Shown in pieces: positions 10,583 to 25,107 of a stretch of 64,000 nucleotides of DNA (its first letter is position 1; each line of letters starts with the position of its first letter). The position numbers and the translations under genes were made by a program. The notes beneath the pieces are model-generated. The model saw nothing but the letters and a program-made list of their open reading frames with translations. It was not told the DNA's origin and did no database searches. The DNA is taken from assembly GCA_030770535.1 (NCBI GenBank), contig JASVEC010000012.1, positions 1,116,001 to 1,180,000 of the forward strand. Reading direction: 5' to 3'. The stretch comes from Batkoa obscura. Taxonomy: Eukaryota.

Positions 10583-10899
10583 AATAATCATATTTAACTA
10601 TAATGACTATCAGGTTATTTTTTAAAAATTATATTTTAATAGAATATAACAATAATGTTGTCCTAAAACGAATTTGGTTTAAATAATAAGTCATTTTAAT
10701 AATAACAATTTAATCTTATAATCAACAAACTTAATTTTTAAATCATTTTATTAACAACTTTATAATAATAACTAATAATAAATAAATAAAAACCCAAACT
10801 AATAAACATACATTCTTTATTAAAAAAATTAGCTATTTCTTGATAAAAAAAATAATTTAACCACAATTTAAAATTTAAATACAAACTCCCATTATAAGT

Positions 10900-13800
10900 T
10901 TAATCACTTAAATTCCCATTCTGATTTAAATACGTCTTACTCAGCTTATTTGTCAACCATGGCATGTTACTAGCTTCTTGACGCTCTCTAACTCCAAGAT
11001 TTTTGTACCAGCCATTCGGTCCATTTAATAGTGAGAGCCATTTATCTAGTCGCTTGTTATTGCTTTGATACACTTCCTTCTTTTTAATAAACATGGTCTC
11101 TTCAATATCCTCATTGTCTACATAGATACGGTACGTTTGTGGATGTACACGAATAATTCGTCCCATTTCAGATACTATGTTATCGCTTATACTATCCTTA
11201 TCTTTTATCGTATCAAGCAACCTATTCTAATTTAAGTTTATTTTCAATTATACTGAATTTTAATTTACCTCTTCAAATATACTTTTCTCCTTATAGTAAC
11301 TCCAGTGGTAGGTTGCTCCACTTTATAATGTTTAACATACTCTCTCCATTTAGATTCAGCACTGCGAATAACACTTAAGCTAAGTTCACCAGATTCAAAC
11401 AGTTGTAAAGTGATCGTTTTTGTAGATAAAAAGTATTCAATGATATAAATATTTTCATCCATAGAAAAACATTTTTGTGCCCTTGAAAAGTAAGTTTGCA
11501 TATCATGGTAAGAGATAACAGAATTTGGTTGATGAACGTTTTGAAATAATTGTACAAGTTCATTAGAACTTTTATTAATTTCTAAAAATAAAGTGTGGAC
11601 CTAATAAAAAGAATATTATTATCTATTATTATTATTTAAATATGGTTAGCTTACTTGTTTAATAAACCCATTGAGTGTTTTATCAATTGTGAAGATTGAG
11701 TAAATATTATTGCCTAACATAAACCTTAAACAATCTTCATAGATTGGTGCTTCGATTTCACCTTCCAATACTTTTTCTGTTAATGTTAAAAATATTGAAA
11801 AGCAATCATCAGTAGATAAATCAAAATCAGCAAGAGCTATTAATTTAAAGTTATTTTTACGCAAAGTACTTAAATAAATCAATTACCTTCAAATTTAGGT
11901 TGAACTTCTAATTCTCGAGATACTGTTTTAAGTTTAGATATATTATGGAATCGATCAGTCGCTTTTCGCGACACTTTTTTAACCTCTTCCAATCTACCAT
12001 AAATGACCTAATTATATTTATAAATATCTAACATGAATGTAAGTATATCTTTGCATACCTGATAAATTCTTAATATCGAATAAATATGACCATTGCATAT
12101 CAAAAAAGCAGCTCCTTTTTTATCATTTGAAAATTTGGGGCTACCTTTACTCCATACATTTAACTGAGAAAATGATGTGATTGGGGTACTTTCTTCTACC
12201 AAAATATCCGATTTATAATCATCTGCATCATCTTCGACTGTAAGAGACTCTTGCTTCATACCTTCATTATGGTTGTCATTCAAAGCATCAGTAATTTCAT
12301 CTGTGTTATTAGTAATATCTTCTTTAAGATTCTCAACCGTAGTAATACTACTATCAACGTTAATTGGACTAGGCTCATTAGTAACTCTACGGCCCCTCAA
12401 AGGTCTTTTGATAGTTGTATTAACCTCATTATCAGAATCTTTAGAAGAATCATTGTCGTCAAACCCTTCATTATTGGTTTTATTTTCATTAGAAAATTTA
12501 GCAACATCATTCATAAAAGGGATAGCAAATATAGAATTAATGAATAACTTTAACAGTGCAACAATGCGATTCTTTTCGTTAGCTGTAAGTCCATTATGTG
12601 CTCTTAAAAGACAAACCAAAAGTTTAGAAATATTCTCATGTATGTCTTGATCACACATAGAAAAAGTTAACTGAGGCCTACATAATACATTTGGTTTATA
12701 TGGTTTGTCCCCGCTAGCCCCCTTATCGGTATCTTCTCTCTTAATTGCTTCAATTTCAGTAACCAGATGACGGGGATTAAGGTTTCTACGGTCATTGTAT
12801 TTGAATTGGGCTGATTGATAATCTAAAGAACGATAGTAATTTTTAATATCGACATCACGCCATATTTTACTCCATTCTCTCTAATTAAATGATTTAAGCT
12901 TAATACATAATTTTCTAAATAGTATATTACCTTAACTTCTCTCCATTCCAAATCTTTTTGTTTAAGACGTTTAAGAATAATGGGGACAGCTGTTCCGGGA
13001 GAATCATGTAAAAGATCTAATACAACATCAGCTTCAGAATCATAAATCTTTCTTATAGCCCTTCTGTAAATAGTTTGTGAGTTACCGCCCAAACCGGGAG
13101 GTAATTTGAAGGCTGCTGCTGCTTCTGGGGACATTTTGGGTATCTGCTTAGCAATTGGTTCTAATAGATCGATTGTATGTGCATTCGTTTCCATATTAAA
13201 ATCAAGCTCAAAGCGATCTTCTTCGCTTTTGTGAAGATTTTCTTCATAACTGTTCTTTTTATGTGCTACAAACACTGTCTCTTCGCTGGCCCAAGTTGGA
13301 TGCGAGGCATAGTCGTCATTTAATACCTCATTACATAAATCATCTCTGCCACTGCATTTAAGAGTAGTTTCCTAAAAGATAACATTAGACGTGATTTATA
13401 ATAATCAAATATACTCACGGATTTTGGAAGTTGACGATAAGAGGGGCCACAAGCTTTAAATAATGAGAGATCCAGCCTTGGCTTAGGGATCCCAGGACTA
13501 GTATTTGTGTCTGGCTTAGGTTGATACCCGATAAAGTTTTTGAACCAAGAAAATAAAGAACCTGAGTTCCCAATGAAATTTTCCACAGTTTCAACTAAAG
13601 TATCAAGGTCAATAATGCCTTGAGAGTATAAACTCAACACTTTAAGGAACTCATGATAAGTTGGCAAATGAGCAATGTGTCGCTTTATCTTTTCTAAACT
13701 GATGACGTCATCAATCGGAATCAATTGGCGTGCTTGATCTTGCTGGGCAGAGCTGTAAGTTATATTTTGATTATCAAAGTTACCATCCTTCATTTTATTA

Positions 13801-15604
13801 ATTGGTTTGTTCTTTTTTGTCTACAATTATTATATTAATAAACTTGTCATCATTTGATTTTAAAAAAAATTAAGCACAAAACTGCTACTTACCTTTAATG
13901 AAACGTTAGGCTTATCACTTAAAAGTGTATTTCTCTTCTTCTTGTAGCCTTGTCCAGGAGGAGATGGTGGATTAATTGAATGAGGGTCAATTTGGTTAGA
14001 ATTTAAGATATCATTTTGGTCCATCATTCTGCCCAATAATAATGGTGGTCCTAATGGTGGATTTAAAAAGTCCCTATTTGTGTTATGAGGAGACATTGTT
14101 ATTTTAGGATGATTTAGTGAGGTATTTTGTGATCTATTATGATGCGCGGCTATCGGTGGTAACATATTTGAATTCATTTTCATACCTAAGTCCATGGGTT
14201 GGTGGATATGTGGCAATATTGGTACATGCGTTGGTTCTGCATTTTCTTTTTGAGAAGCACCTGGTAAAAATTGGCAGAATTCGTTCAATAATTCTTGATC
14301 ATGGCAAAATAGCTCTTTTACTTGTGCATAAATCTAATTTGTTACTCAGTAATTAATAAACAGAACCCTAAATTAGTCTTACTTCTTGAACTGGTTTAGT
14401 TTCTCTGGAATAAAGCTGCAAAATATCCAAAAATTGCTTATAGCTTTCTGGGTCCCTTATAAATCGATTCTTAAGCTTTATTAGTATATGTATAACAGCA
14501 GTAATAAAACAAATACCTTAATTCTATTTACATAGTTTATCGCATGGTTAAATTCCACAGGAGGTTTACGTTGCTGATCATGATCTTCCATAGGGGGTGG
14601 TTCTTGGGCCTGCAAATCCTGGTGTCTTTCGTCCGCAGGATCTGAATAAATGAGATTGGAATCCTCGAATTGAAAATGTGAAGCAAAAGCCTGGTTATTA
14701 AGAAATCGGTCCATTAAGCTAGTTTCATTGACTTCCGATTTACCAAACCCATCCATACCCCCAGAAGCCATATAACCTGTAAAGTGTTCTGGCATAATTA
14801 CTTTCACGCCATTTCTTGCATCCGCATCGTTAGATATCTCTATTCTGAACCCAGGTGGTAGAAAGGCATTAAACCCTATTACCAACGTTGGATAGCCTTG
14901 AAACAGAGATGCCACTCTATCGATAACGCCAAGAGTATCCAATCTGTAAATAATTAATATTTCATAGCTATTAATAAAACACTTCTTACTCTCGAAACTT
15001 AAACTGCTTCATAATATCTAAGAATTCATTGTAGATAGTTGGATTGTTTTGGAAGTCTTTTTTAACCCTATCCAGGTAAGTAAGCGCATCGCCAACGTTT
15101 AAACACTCAAGGTCATTTACGTCAACGTCATCAGATAAAGAAGCCTCGTTGATATGGGGTGAGTGAATCTCATTTATACTCCGCATATCATGCTGAGGTT
15201 CATTGTGATCATGATTGCTATGGACTGGATTATTTCGTAAATTTATGGGGTTTAAATTAAGTGGATTATGAAGACTATTCTGAGAAAGTATAGGTTGATG
15301 TATTGAAGGTCTTAAGTGACGCTCATGGTCAAGCTCAAGTGGTGAAAGGAGGGGTAGTACCGTAGGCTGATATATTTGGGTGTTTATTGGCCTATCGATG
15401 TTTGGTGGCGGCCCTGGTTGTATTGGAGGATAGTTTATAGAAGGTAAGCTTGGGGCTTGGGAGTGGTTATTATTTTCATAGGATGGATATCTAATTAAGT
15501 ATTAGTGAGTTAGATTTATTGAAAATGAGAACTCATTACGGATAGCTATTCTCGTTTGATTTTCCGCTACTCATTCTCCATGGATGTCTCTGATTATTAG
15601 ACAT
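10900..15604 (-). CDS. SIN3: Sin3 paired amphipathic helix co-repressor (multi-exon)
   Basis: PAH1 ([10 protein letters not shown]...[25 protein letters not shown]), PAH2 ([15 protein letters not shown]), HDAC-interaction domain ([35 protein letters not shown]), Sin3 C-terminal motif (YED.LR.....Y.IFTIDK). GT-AG introns. Confidence 0.95.
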
Positions 15605-16492
15605 TTGTTACTGTTTTCTTTACTCTATATCTCTGTCTTTGCAATAAAATTAATCAAAAAAAATGTTGCATGTTTAATTGAGAAAAAATAATTTTAGATG
15701 AGAATTTTTTTTGACCAATCAGATTGATTCGGTTTATTGGAGGCAGAATGGTAGAAAAGCAGTCTCACTTGAGACAAAATTTTATCTCAATTTAAGATAT
15801 TTATAAGTTGACTTGATGAATATAAATGGGTAGCTATTATAGCATTAACTGATAAAATAGGGGTTTTATTAGGCCTAGTAGTAAATATTAAGTAGTTCTA
15901 TGTAATCACAGTATGATCTTTCAAGTAAAGAGGTCAGCTATCACCTTGCTATTTTAAGGTGCTAATATATTGGGCAAATACAATTTTTTACATCTCAATA
16001 GAAGCATTGATTTAGTTTACATATTGTTTGAAGTTTGTCTTTTTATGTAAAGTAATTTTAGATTTAAACTTTAACCAAACAAATCTTAAATCTTAAACAT
16101 TTATTTGCTAAAAAATAATCTTACAAAATTAGAAGTTGACACTGCGAAAGTGTTGGAAAAAGTTGCACAATTCATTTTTGAAGTGTGGCTTTATTGATTG
16201 AGTGATGTCATTAGCAATCTTTTTAAGTTGGCTTAAAAATTGAGAAATCTAATCAAAACCAAGCATCAAGATTACTTATAAGAATATAAATACCTAGGAA
16301 CATTAAAAATAGACATTAATAAATTGGTCAAATAAGAAAAGTATAGAATTGTAATAATATACTCGTTTGAAATTGATGCATGTTGTCTAACTCATTTTCA
16401 TTAACGACCAATAAGCTAGTTGGTTTCCAGTTTTGTTAATCAATATGTTATAAGTAATATTCATATAGATAATAAAAAGGAAATTTTATTTT

Positions 16493-19061
16493 TTAATCAA
16501 GCTGACGATTACAATCGAAATCCCAGTGCTCTTTCCATTTAGCAGCTTTACAGGCAGCTTTCGTCCAATTAAGCCCATAAGCTAGGTAAGAGAATTTTGC
16601 AAAGATGGAAATGACAGCAACAGTAATAATCAAGGCAACAGCCAATCTAAATTGAGGGCGTAAACGACGGATGGTAAGGTCTACAGTGGCAGCAAAGGCT
16701 AAAATTGAAAAATAAAGAGCTGGTAAATAATGATGAAGGAAGAGTTGACGTTTCATAATGAAAAAGGGGAAGATATGTAAAACCCATCCCATGACAAAGA
16801 AGCCAATCACATCAAAGTAACGCTGACGGAAAGCTAAAGTAAATTAGTATTTATAGTTATAGTTATAAACAAATGATTACCTAAGGATGCCAAGTTAACA
16901 TTTCTTTTTGTTAAGATAAGTGAGAGAAATTGGAAAATCATAAAAGCAATTATAGATATTGATCCAGCATACCAGATAAATGGATTACCAATAAGGTAAA
17001 CTTGGGCATGCTCTTTACCCCAGAAAGAGATACCTCTTCTTAAAAATGGCCAATCTTGTGGACGAGAATCATAAGGATGAGAAGAAGTCAAGCCATTATT
17101 AGCAGTCCACATGCGGTGGTTCAATTCCATAAATTTAGATAAAAACCCAACCTTTCCATAATATACTTTAGGCGAATCTTTTAATAATTCATGATCGTTA
17201 AATTCAACTACCCATTCAGATCTAGGTTTTTGCCCATTTTTAATACAAATTACTTCTTGTTGCCCGAACCCCCATTCTGGTAACTTTTTGGGCCTTGAAT
17301 ATAAAACACAACCAGTGTTGACATGTACTAGACGGAATTTTGTATAAATTGCCATCAGTCTTTCTTTGGATTCTGGATCACGTGAATCACCCTTTGAAAT
17401 TTCAACTCTAAAATTGTCATTTGAATCATCAAAGCCATAACCACTAGTTAAGATAAGTAAAATGAGTCAATAACATATTATCATTTTTACCTGACTTCAT
17501 TAACGTAATCCTTTGAAGAAAATACTGGACGAAGTTCATGGGAATGAAGATGCTTTGAAGTGGTAATATGAATTAAACGAACAATATCCTTATCTTTGAT
17601 ATATTCAATAGTTTCGGTATTATTCACTTCACTTTTAGAATCGTGAGGTTTAACAATGGTCCAAAAGTTATTATTATCACGGAAAGGATAAAGTGTAACT
17701 TGCTGTTCTATAAAAAGAATTAATCCTTGCTCCTAACTTTGAAAACGGTTAAACTTACGTTTACTTCCTCCTGGATAAGTGTGAGCATGAGAATGCAAAT
17801 AACCGCCAGCAGTAGCCACATGATTGATTCTTAATTTCGAGCCATATATAACATCTATTAAGATAAATATTGTCATATAGATTATTGATCTTTTATATTA
17901 CCTTTTTTGGCACCAACTAAACCACTACCTTCTAAAGTGTTTTGGAATTCAGATGACATTGAATTTGCAGATTCTGTGTATTTATTAAGTACTATAAATT
18001 GAACCTGGAAAGTAAACATGTAAATTGAGATTGGAATAGCAATTAAACATAATGCTCTGGCAATAAAATGTTGAAGATATTTTGACTAAATAAACGTTAG
18101 TTGTTATATAGAATTAATAATATCATTTAAGTTTACTGGAGTAATTTTAAGATCTCCAATTAATTCCCAAAGTTGACGGACGGTAGAGATACCAATAAGT
18201 GCCACAGCAAATAATCCAACCCATTTACAACTTAAAGTTAAACCAAGGAATACTCCGGTTAATGCTAATGAAAGCCACCAGCCTTTAGAGAAAGCTCTGC
18301 ATATTATTTTAGTTTAATAAAATACAAACAAACTTGAAGCTTACTTCTTTTCATAATTACAAAATACGCTCCAAAATAAAACAGATAAAGCAGTGAATAA
18401 AATTAATGGTGAATCTAAGAATATATAACGTGATTGTGTAACCAAAGCATTTTCTAAATTAAAATATAAACAAAATTATAATAAAATAGAACAAATTACC
18501 AAATAAGACCAAAAGGGAGCTAAGTGCTGCAACTTCAGTAGTTAATCCAGAAACTTTTGAAGTGAGATAAGCAGTAGGAATCAAAACCCATCCAAAAAGA
18601 GCTTGGGCCAAACGCATAGCAGTATAAGGTACGTGATTACCAGCAAATTCTTTTCCAATTTTTTCAAAATCGAATGAACCATCAAATCCAAAAAACCAGC
18701 CAACTGCTGCTATCATCAGCTTGGCTAAAGGTGGATGGACATCAAAAAAATAGTCACGTTTAATATATTTAGCTGCAAAGCCACCAAAATGGACTTCATC
18801 AAAGCTAAATAAAACTTAGTATAAAATTTAGAATTTTGATGAGAATACTTACACTACCGAAGCAGGTTGAGATATACGGAAGAAACGTACTAAAAGGCCT
18901 ACGATTCCAATTAAACCAACCAAGTACCAGTCTCTTTTACTCATTGAAAAAAAATCATCTTGGTCCTTTTTTACGGATGATTTACTATACTTGAATTCAG
19001 AATCATCATAGTCTATACTTGAATTTTCTTTTTCTTTTTCTTTTAAATACTCTTTTTCCAT
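16493..19061 (-). CDS. PMT: Dolichyl-phosphate-mannose:protein O-mannosyltransferase (multi-exon)
   Basis: VV/FDEVHFGGFA, FFDVHPPLAKL, MIR domains (YLHSH, FRLVHVNTGC), SSHPYDSRP, RQLFLHHYLPALYF. Confidence 0.95.
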
Positions 19062-19139
19062 TTTTATTTTTACAAAGAAATAAAGGCTAGTTTATTTTTT
19101 TTAAAATATAGTAAAGACTGGTTTAATATGAACTATCAA

Positions 19140-19265
19140 TTTAAAGTTGGCTTTCGTCAGCCAATTATTTACCGAAAACCAAAGCCTATTTTTGCTTTGA
19201 AGTTGTATAAGCCAATCATATCAAATTGAATACTGTTAATTCTATTTTAATATATTTATTGGTCA
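19140..19265. promoter_or_regulatory. CCAAT-box cluster in the divergent PMT/GPN3 promoter
   Basis: GCCAATT, GCCAATC and ATTGG within about 110 bp. Similar CCAAT words lie upstream of SIN3 (15715), RPL14 (29412, 29452, 29519) and SDS22 (59128). Confidence 0.4.
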
Positions 19266-19554
19266 TTATAAATAAACTATAAAAAAATTCTAATATTCCA
19301 CTATTTAATCTATTTTATTTGATATACTAGGAACTATTTTACTTATTTTTAGATTTTTAATTTAAAAAAATTATATGATTATAATTATTCTAAAGTATAA
19401 TTTGTATAAAATTTCATATGAACTAAAAATTTAATTTTTTCTTCAAAAGTAAGTCTATTCTGATTTTTAAATTTAAACTCAAATCCAAAAAACTAAGAAA
19501 CTGCTGACAGTAAACTCACTCAATCACTTTTTATAATTTTATAACAAGAATAAA

Positions 19555-20764
19555 ATGTATAATTAAACCTCATATTGAGAATTAGAAAACTAAATAATTA
19601 ACTAGGGGTAGATATGTACAGTTAGTGATGGGGCCTGCAGGCTCTGGAAAAGTAACTAAATATAAGCAAATTTAAAAATAAAAATTAATAAATAGTCAAC
19701 TTATTGTAAAACAATGATAAACCATTTAATTACACATAAGAGGACAGCGCACTTAGTTAACTTAGACCCTGCTGCCGAAGATTTCGAGTTTGAACCTACT
19801 ATTGGTAAATTTTTATAATGTAATAAGGAATATCAACCCTGATTGTTGTTACAGATATAAGAGATTTAATTTCTTTGGAAGATGTAATGGAAGAGTTAAA
19901 TTATGGTCCAAATGGTGGTCTGATTTATTGTTTAGAGTATAACAAATACGTTTATTGCATAAATCATTTCTAATTTTATAAGGTTTTTGCTAAGTAACAT
20001 TGATTGGTTTGAAGATGAATTAGGAGATTATGAAGATGATTATTTAATCATTGATTGTCCGGGTAAACATACACCATCTAGTTATAAAAAAATGTCCTTA
20101 TATTCATATTATAGGCCAAATCGAATTATACACTCATTTTCCAATAATGAGCAAGTTGTGTGAGATGTTACAAAAATGGAATTTTAAAATATGTGGTATT
20201 TATTTATTAGAAAGTCAGTTTGTAGAAGATAAGAGTAAATTTTTTGCTGGGGTATTGTCTGCCTTATCCGCTATGGTTAATTTAGAAATCCCTCATATCA
20301 ATGTTTTTTCTAAAATGGACTTAGTTGCTGATAAAACGGGATGGGAAAGGTAACTTATTGAGTAGATAAATTTTAATATAAGATCTAGTTTATAATAATA
20401 TTCAATATTAAAGATTTATCAACCCAGATCCATATTTAATAGATGAAACAATGGATGAAAGTGAGGACCCTAAATTTTTTAATTTAAATAAGGCTATTGG
20501 ACAATTGGTAAGCAGCATTTTGTCATTTAACTAGGGTGAATTCGAATTCTCTTTTTTTAGATCGACGATCATAGTTTAGTTAGCTTTTTACCTTTAGATA
20601 TAACTAGTGAAGACTCCATCGCAGCTATCTTATCTCATGCTGACAACGCGATTCAATATGGAGAAGATCAAGAACCTAACGAACCTGATGTACTTTTTTA
20701 TGTTATTTACATATAGTTTAGCTAACCATTTTAGTTTGCGGAAGGCGAGGAAGAAGAGGAATAG
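19555..20764 (+). CDS. GPN3: GPN-loop GTPase 3 (multi-exon)
   Basis: [61 protein letters not shown]. Confidence 0.93.
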
Positions 20765-20979
20765 TTGAGTGTTAAATATAGAAGTTAAAAATATTAAAAG
20801 CTTTTTTTAATTAAATTTGGAAAATATTACTTGATAGTCTCTTATCATTATAAAAATTCATTGAATATTAAATACTGACAATTTTGTTTTAATTTAAACT
20901 AGTCATATTAGAGTATTTACATACCTCAATATAAGATGCAATTTATTTGCACCATTTTCCTTTATATCCAATTATCAAA

Positions 20980-21615
20980 TTAATAATATTTATTTAAATT
21001 CCAAAAAGCATTGATCGCAGCAATACCAACTGCGCCATAATTAACAGCCTCGGAATAATCTTGAGCATTTAATCCCCCTAACGCATAGCATGGGTGGGTA
21101 CTGACTTTAGCATATTCACTAAACTTATCCCACCCTAACACATTATCGCTTGGACAAGAAATCGATGGTTTAACTGGCGATAAAACAATAAAGCATAATG
21201 GCAAATTGTTAGCTATCTGTATTTCTTCTTCATTGTGGCAAGAAGCAGCTATTTTTATAGTGGAGTTGGTTAATATTTCAACTTCATTTTTTATAGCGTA
21301 TATTTCTTTTAAGCATGTTCCAGTTAAATGCAATCCACCTAGTTTATACTTTGCTACTAGTTCAGTCAAAACCTTAAACTCACTTTCGTTTGAACAGTTT
21401 AATAAAATCCTGTTTAAAACAAAATCCTCCTTAAACTTTAAACTTAGTGGCGCCAATACTTTAGTTTCCAATTCTTCACTGGATAAGTCTTTAAATCTTA
21501 ATTGAAGCATTCCGTCATTTTTTTCAAAACATCTAGACACTGAATCTAATGTATACTCGGTATCCTTAAACCCACCACTAATGGTGTAATAATGACTATG
21601 TTTATCTTTTGTCAT
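20980..21615 (-). CDS. Thiamine-phosphate synthase / TenI-like TIM-barrel protein, bacterial-like, intronless
   Basis: Motifs LQLRFK, GLHL, AASCHN.EE, VLSPVKPS.S.P....LGW..F, P.YALGGL, GA.GIA.I...W. Confidence 0.85.
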   Translation of the reverse strand: MTKDKHSHYYTISGGFKDTEYTLDSVSRCFEKNDGMLQLRFKDLSSEELETKVLAPLSLKFKEDFVLNRILLNCSNESEFKVLTELVAKYKLGGLHLTGTCLKEIYAIKNEVEILTNSTIKIAASCHNEEEIQIANNLPLCFIVLSPVKPSISCPSDNVLGWDKFSEYAKVSTHPCYALGGLNAQDYSEAVNYGAVGIAAINAFWNLNKYY

Positions 21616-21836
21616 CTAATTAAAATAAAGTTTGTTTAGCAATTTTAAATAAGTCGATAAAAATCACATGATTTTTAACCTGGGCCCTTATTGGGCTGCC
21701 AAGATTATAAAGGTTAAATTGGTTTTAAAATCTGAATTTTATTAATTCTCTTTATGAACTATTTAGATTAATCAAAATTGAACCTTTATTTACTTTCAAC
21801 TAATATTAGCAATAAATTTAAAATTTAAGATTTCCA

Positions 21837-22896
21837 ATGAATTGTACAATATGGATGAGGTCGTATATCAATTTATATACAATAGCAATTGTGTTTAATA
21901 TCTTAAATATCGGTTTTTATTGCTTAATTTTAGCTGCTTCAGTACTATGTATCCTTAATGAGGTAGTAAATGTAGTAGTAATCAACTCATTTTCCGGGTA
22001 AGCATCTCATACCAAATAATATTTATACAACTAATCATTGATTTAATAGAGTATCGTGTCTTTTACTAGTTGTCAATGAAATCCATACTTCAAAGTTGAC
22101 ATATAACTACTTTAAATTTTTAGTCACTTTCCGAGGGCGAGGTTTACTGTATCTTTTATTATCTTTTATCGTATATCAAAAAGGGATTGATTTCAATTTA
22201 GTAGTCACTTATTTTGGAGTTTCTTTAGGGCTTTTCTTTTTTATCATTTCTTTTGTGCCCCATATACTGCCATTAAATGATTTGCGAAACAATTGGAGAA
22301 ATTATCAAGGCTTTTTATATGAAATTAACGATCCTAGCCTAGAAGAGGGTTACTTTAATACCACTGATATGACATCTACTTTATCACCCTTTGTTCCAAA
22401 TGACGATACACTAAGGCCAGGCAGAAAACAAAGCCAACTTAATAGTACGTTAAGAGGGTCTAAAGAGTTACTGCAGCCCTCCCGCAAAAATGTTAATAGT
22501 AAGCTATTACCCATTAAAGGACAAGCTACACTGACTATGGAGATCAATCAGATGTTGTCTGATATTCAGTATTCGGATTTCGAGTTTAATAATAAGGACA
22601 AAAAGGAAAGCGACAAGCAAGAAGACTCAACTGACGAATCTTCTATAAGAGACTATAGCGATGAGCCCCCCTCTAGTTCAAACCACATCCAAAATGGTGT
22701 TGCGAGTGAACAAAGTTTTTATGTTAGTGAGAATATTTCAAAATCGCTTTTAAACGACGACGCTAATCTTGAAGTCAATAATGATGATATAGGGGTTGAC
22801 GAAAGTCCAGTTATTAAACAAAATTTTACATTAAGGAAATCTCCATTTGGTCGCAAACAATTACCAAGTGTCCCGAAAGAGGGCTCTGGCCTATAA
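21837..22896 (+). CDS. Tvp15/COPI-associated membrane protein-like with long low-complexity C-terminus (1 intron)
   Basis: ATG at 21837, hydrophobic helices, FKFLVTFRGRGLLYL motif, intron at about 21998-22048. Confidence 0.7.
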
Positions 22897-23516
22897 TTAG
22901 TTACTAGCTTTGAGTTTTTTAAAATATTGTAAATAAATAATAGTGTATGCGTTAGTTTATATTCGAAATTTACTTTTTATTAATAAAGTGCTATAAAGGT
23001 ACAGGTAAGTGTGATATAAATATTTATGGGCTATTGAATCCTAACTATAGCACTTACATTACATTAAACTAGTTCATTTTCAATAATCATAAATATTCTA
23101 AAAACATAATTCAGTATATATATATATAATATTGAAATTTAACTATCCTTAATTCATAAAAATGTTTTCATCGATTTAGAAATTTATTATAAGTTAAATT
23201 AAATTAATATAAAATGTAGAATATTTTTTGTTTTAGCATTTAACCAAGATTTTTTTGTAAATTTATTGTATGAAAAATGGGTAAAGTATCAAAATGAAAA
23301 AAAGCATTCTCATTTAAATTTTAAACTTGGGTCCACAAAAGCAGTTTGTTTTGAAAATAAAGTATTTTAATACCCTGATTTTTAATGTTTTCAATATAAT
23401 GTGATCTATTTATCTGTAATATGTGTTCTTTATGTTACAATTAAATATATAATGAATTTATAAATATTTAAATTATTTAGCAACCTTACTACAAATCACA
23501 CTAGTACGAAATTAAA

Positions 23517-23623
23517 ACATGAGGATGTTTTTTTTGGTTTCATCACTTTTTCCATCTTTAAGCGCTATTTGGAGCAGAAAAACTGTTAATAAAATTCCTA
23601 AACATAAAAAAACATCCCTAAAT
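23517..23623 (+). mobile_element. MITE family A copy 5
   Basis: ACATGAGGATGTTTT...AGCGCTATTTGGAGC...ACATCCCTAAAT. Confidence 0.85.
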
Positions 23624-23824
23624 GGTTTTGATTTTTGGTCCAAAATTCCGCTTACAAATATATCTTAAGCAATTTTACAAAAATCTAAATCGTCTTATAC
23701 AAATCTAAAAACGATTTTGCAATATTATACCTTTTAAATGTAACTTGATTTTCGAGCAAATTTTGCAATTACTTAGATGGCTTAAAATAAAGTTTAAAAA
23801 TAATATGAACAGCTTTAAAATAAA

Positions 23825-24601
<777 letters not shown>

Positions 24602-24665
24602 ATGAATAAAAGTTTTAATTTTATCTTGGTTTTAATTCATTGAGTAATTACATACTTTTAACATG

Positions 24666-24925
24666 TATATACATAACTTTTATCTAAAAAATTTCTGGCA
24701 TTTTCTTTAAGCTTAGGACAGCTTGTAATTAAATGTCTTTCGTATTTTTCAATTTAGAGGTGATTCTTTTTAAAATGAATTTAATAGCTACATCCCTTTT
24801 CAGATCTTTAATTTCATATTAAAATAATTTGACTACAAATTAAAAATAACGAAAGACATTTAACTGCAACCTATTCTAAGTTCTTTTAAAGTATGCCTAA
24901 TGCTGAAAAGAAAGCTGTGTTCACT
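24666..24925. repeat. Degenerate foldback (inverted-repeat) element
   Basis: cttaggacagcttgtaattaaatgtctttcgtattttt pairs with aaaaataacgaaagacatttaactgcaacctattctaag; pairing extends inward and outward. Confidence 0.75.
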
Positions 24926-25107
24926 TAATTTTTATAATAAACCATTATAATAAACTCCTACAATATACTCAAAAAAGGATTTAGAGAACTATAATAGCAT
25001 GCTTTTTCAATAAATTTTAACTGTATTTATTTGCTATAAATATCCTTCTAATAATTTTTATTTGAACATTTCTAATACTCTTAAACCCAATATTAGTTAA
25101 CTAAACT

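Noticed and set aside
12251..12650. + strand ORFs within SIN3
   Set aside because: Antisense shadows of a long Sin3 exon.
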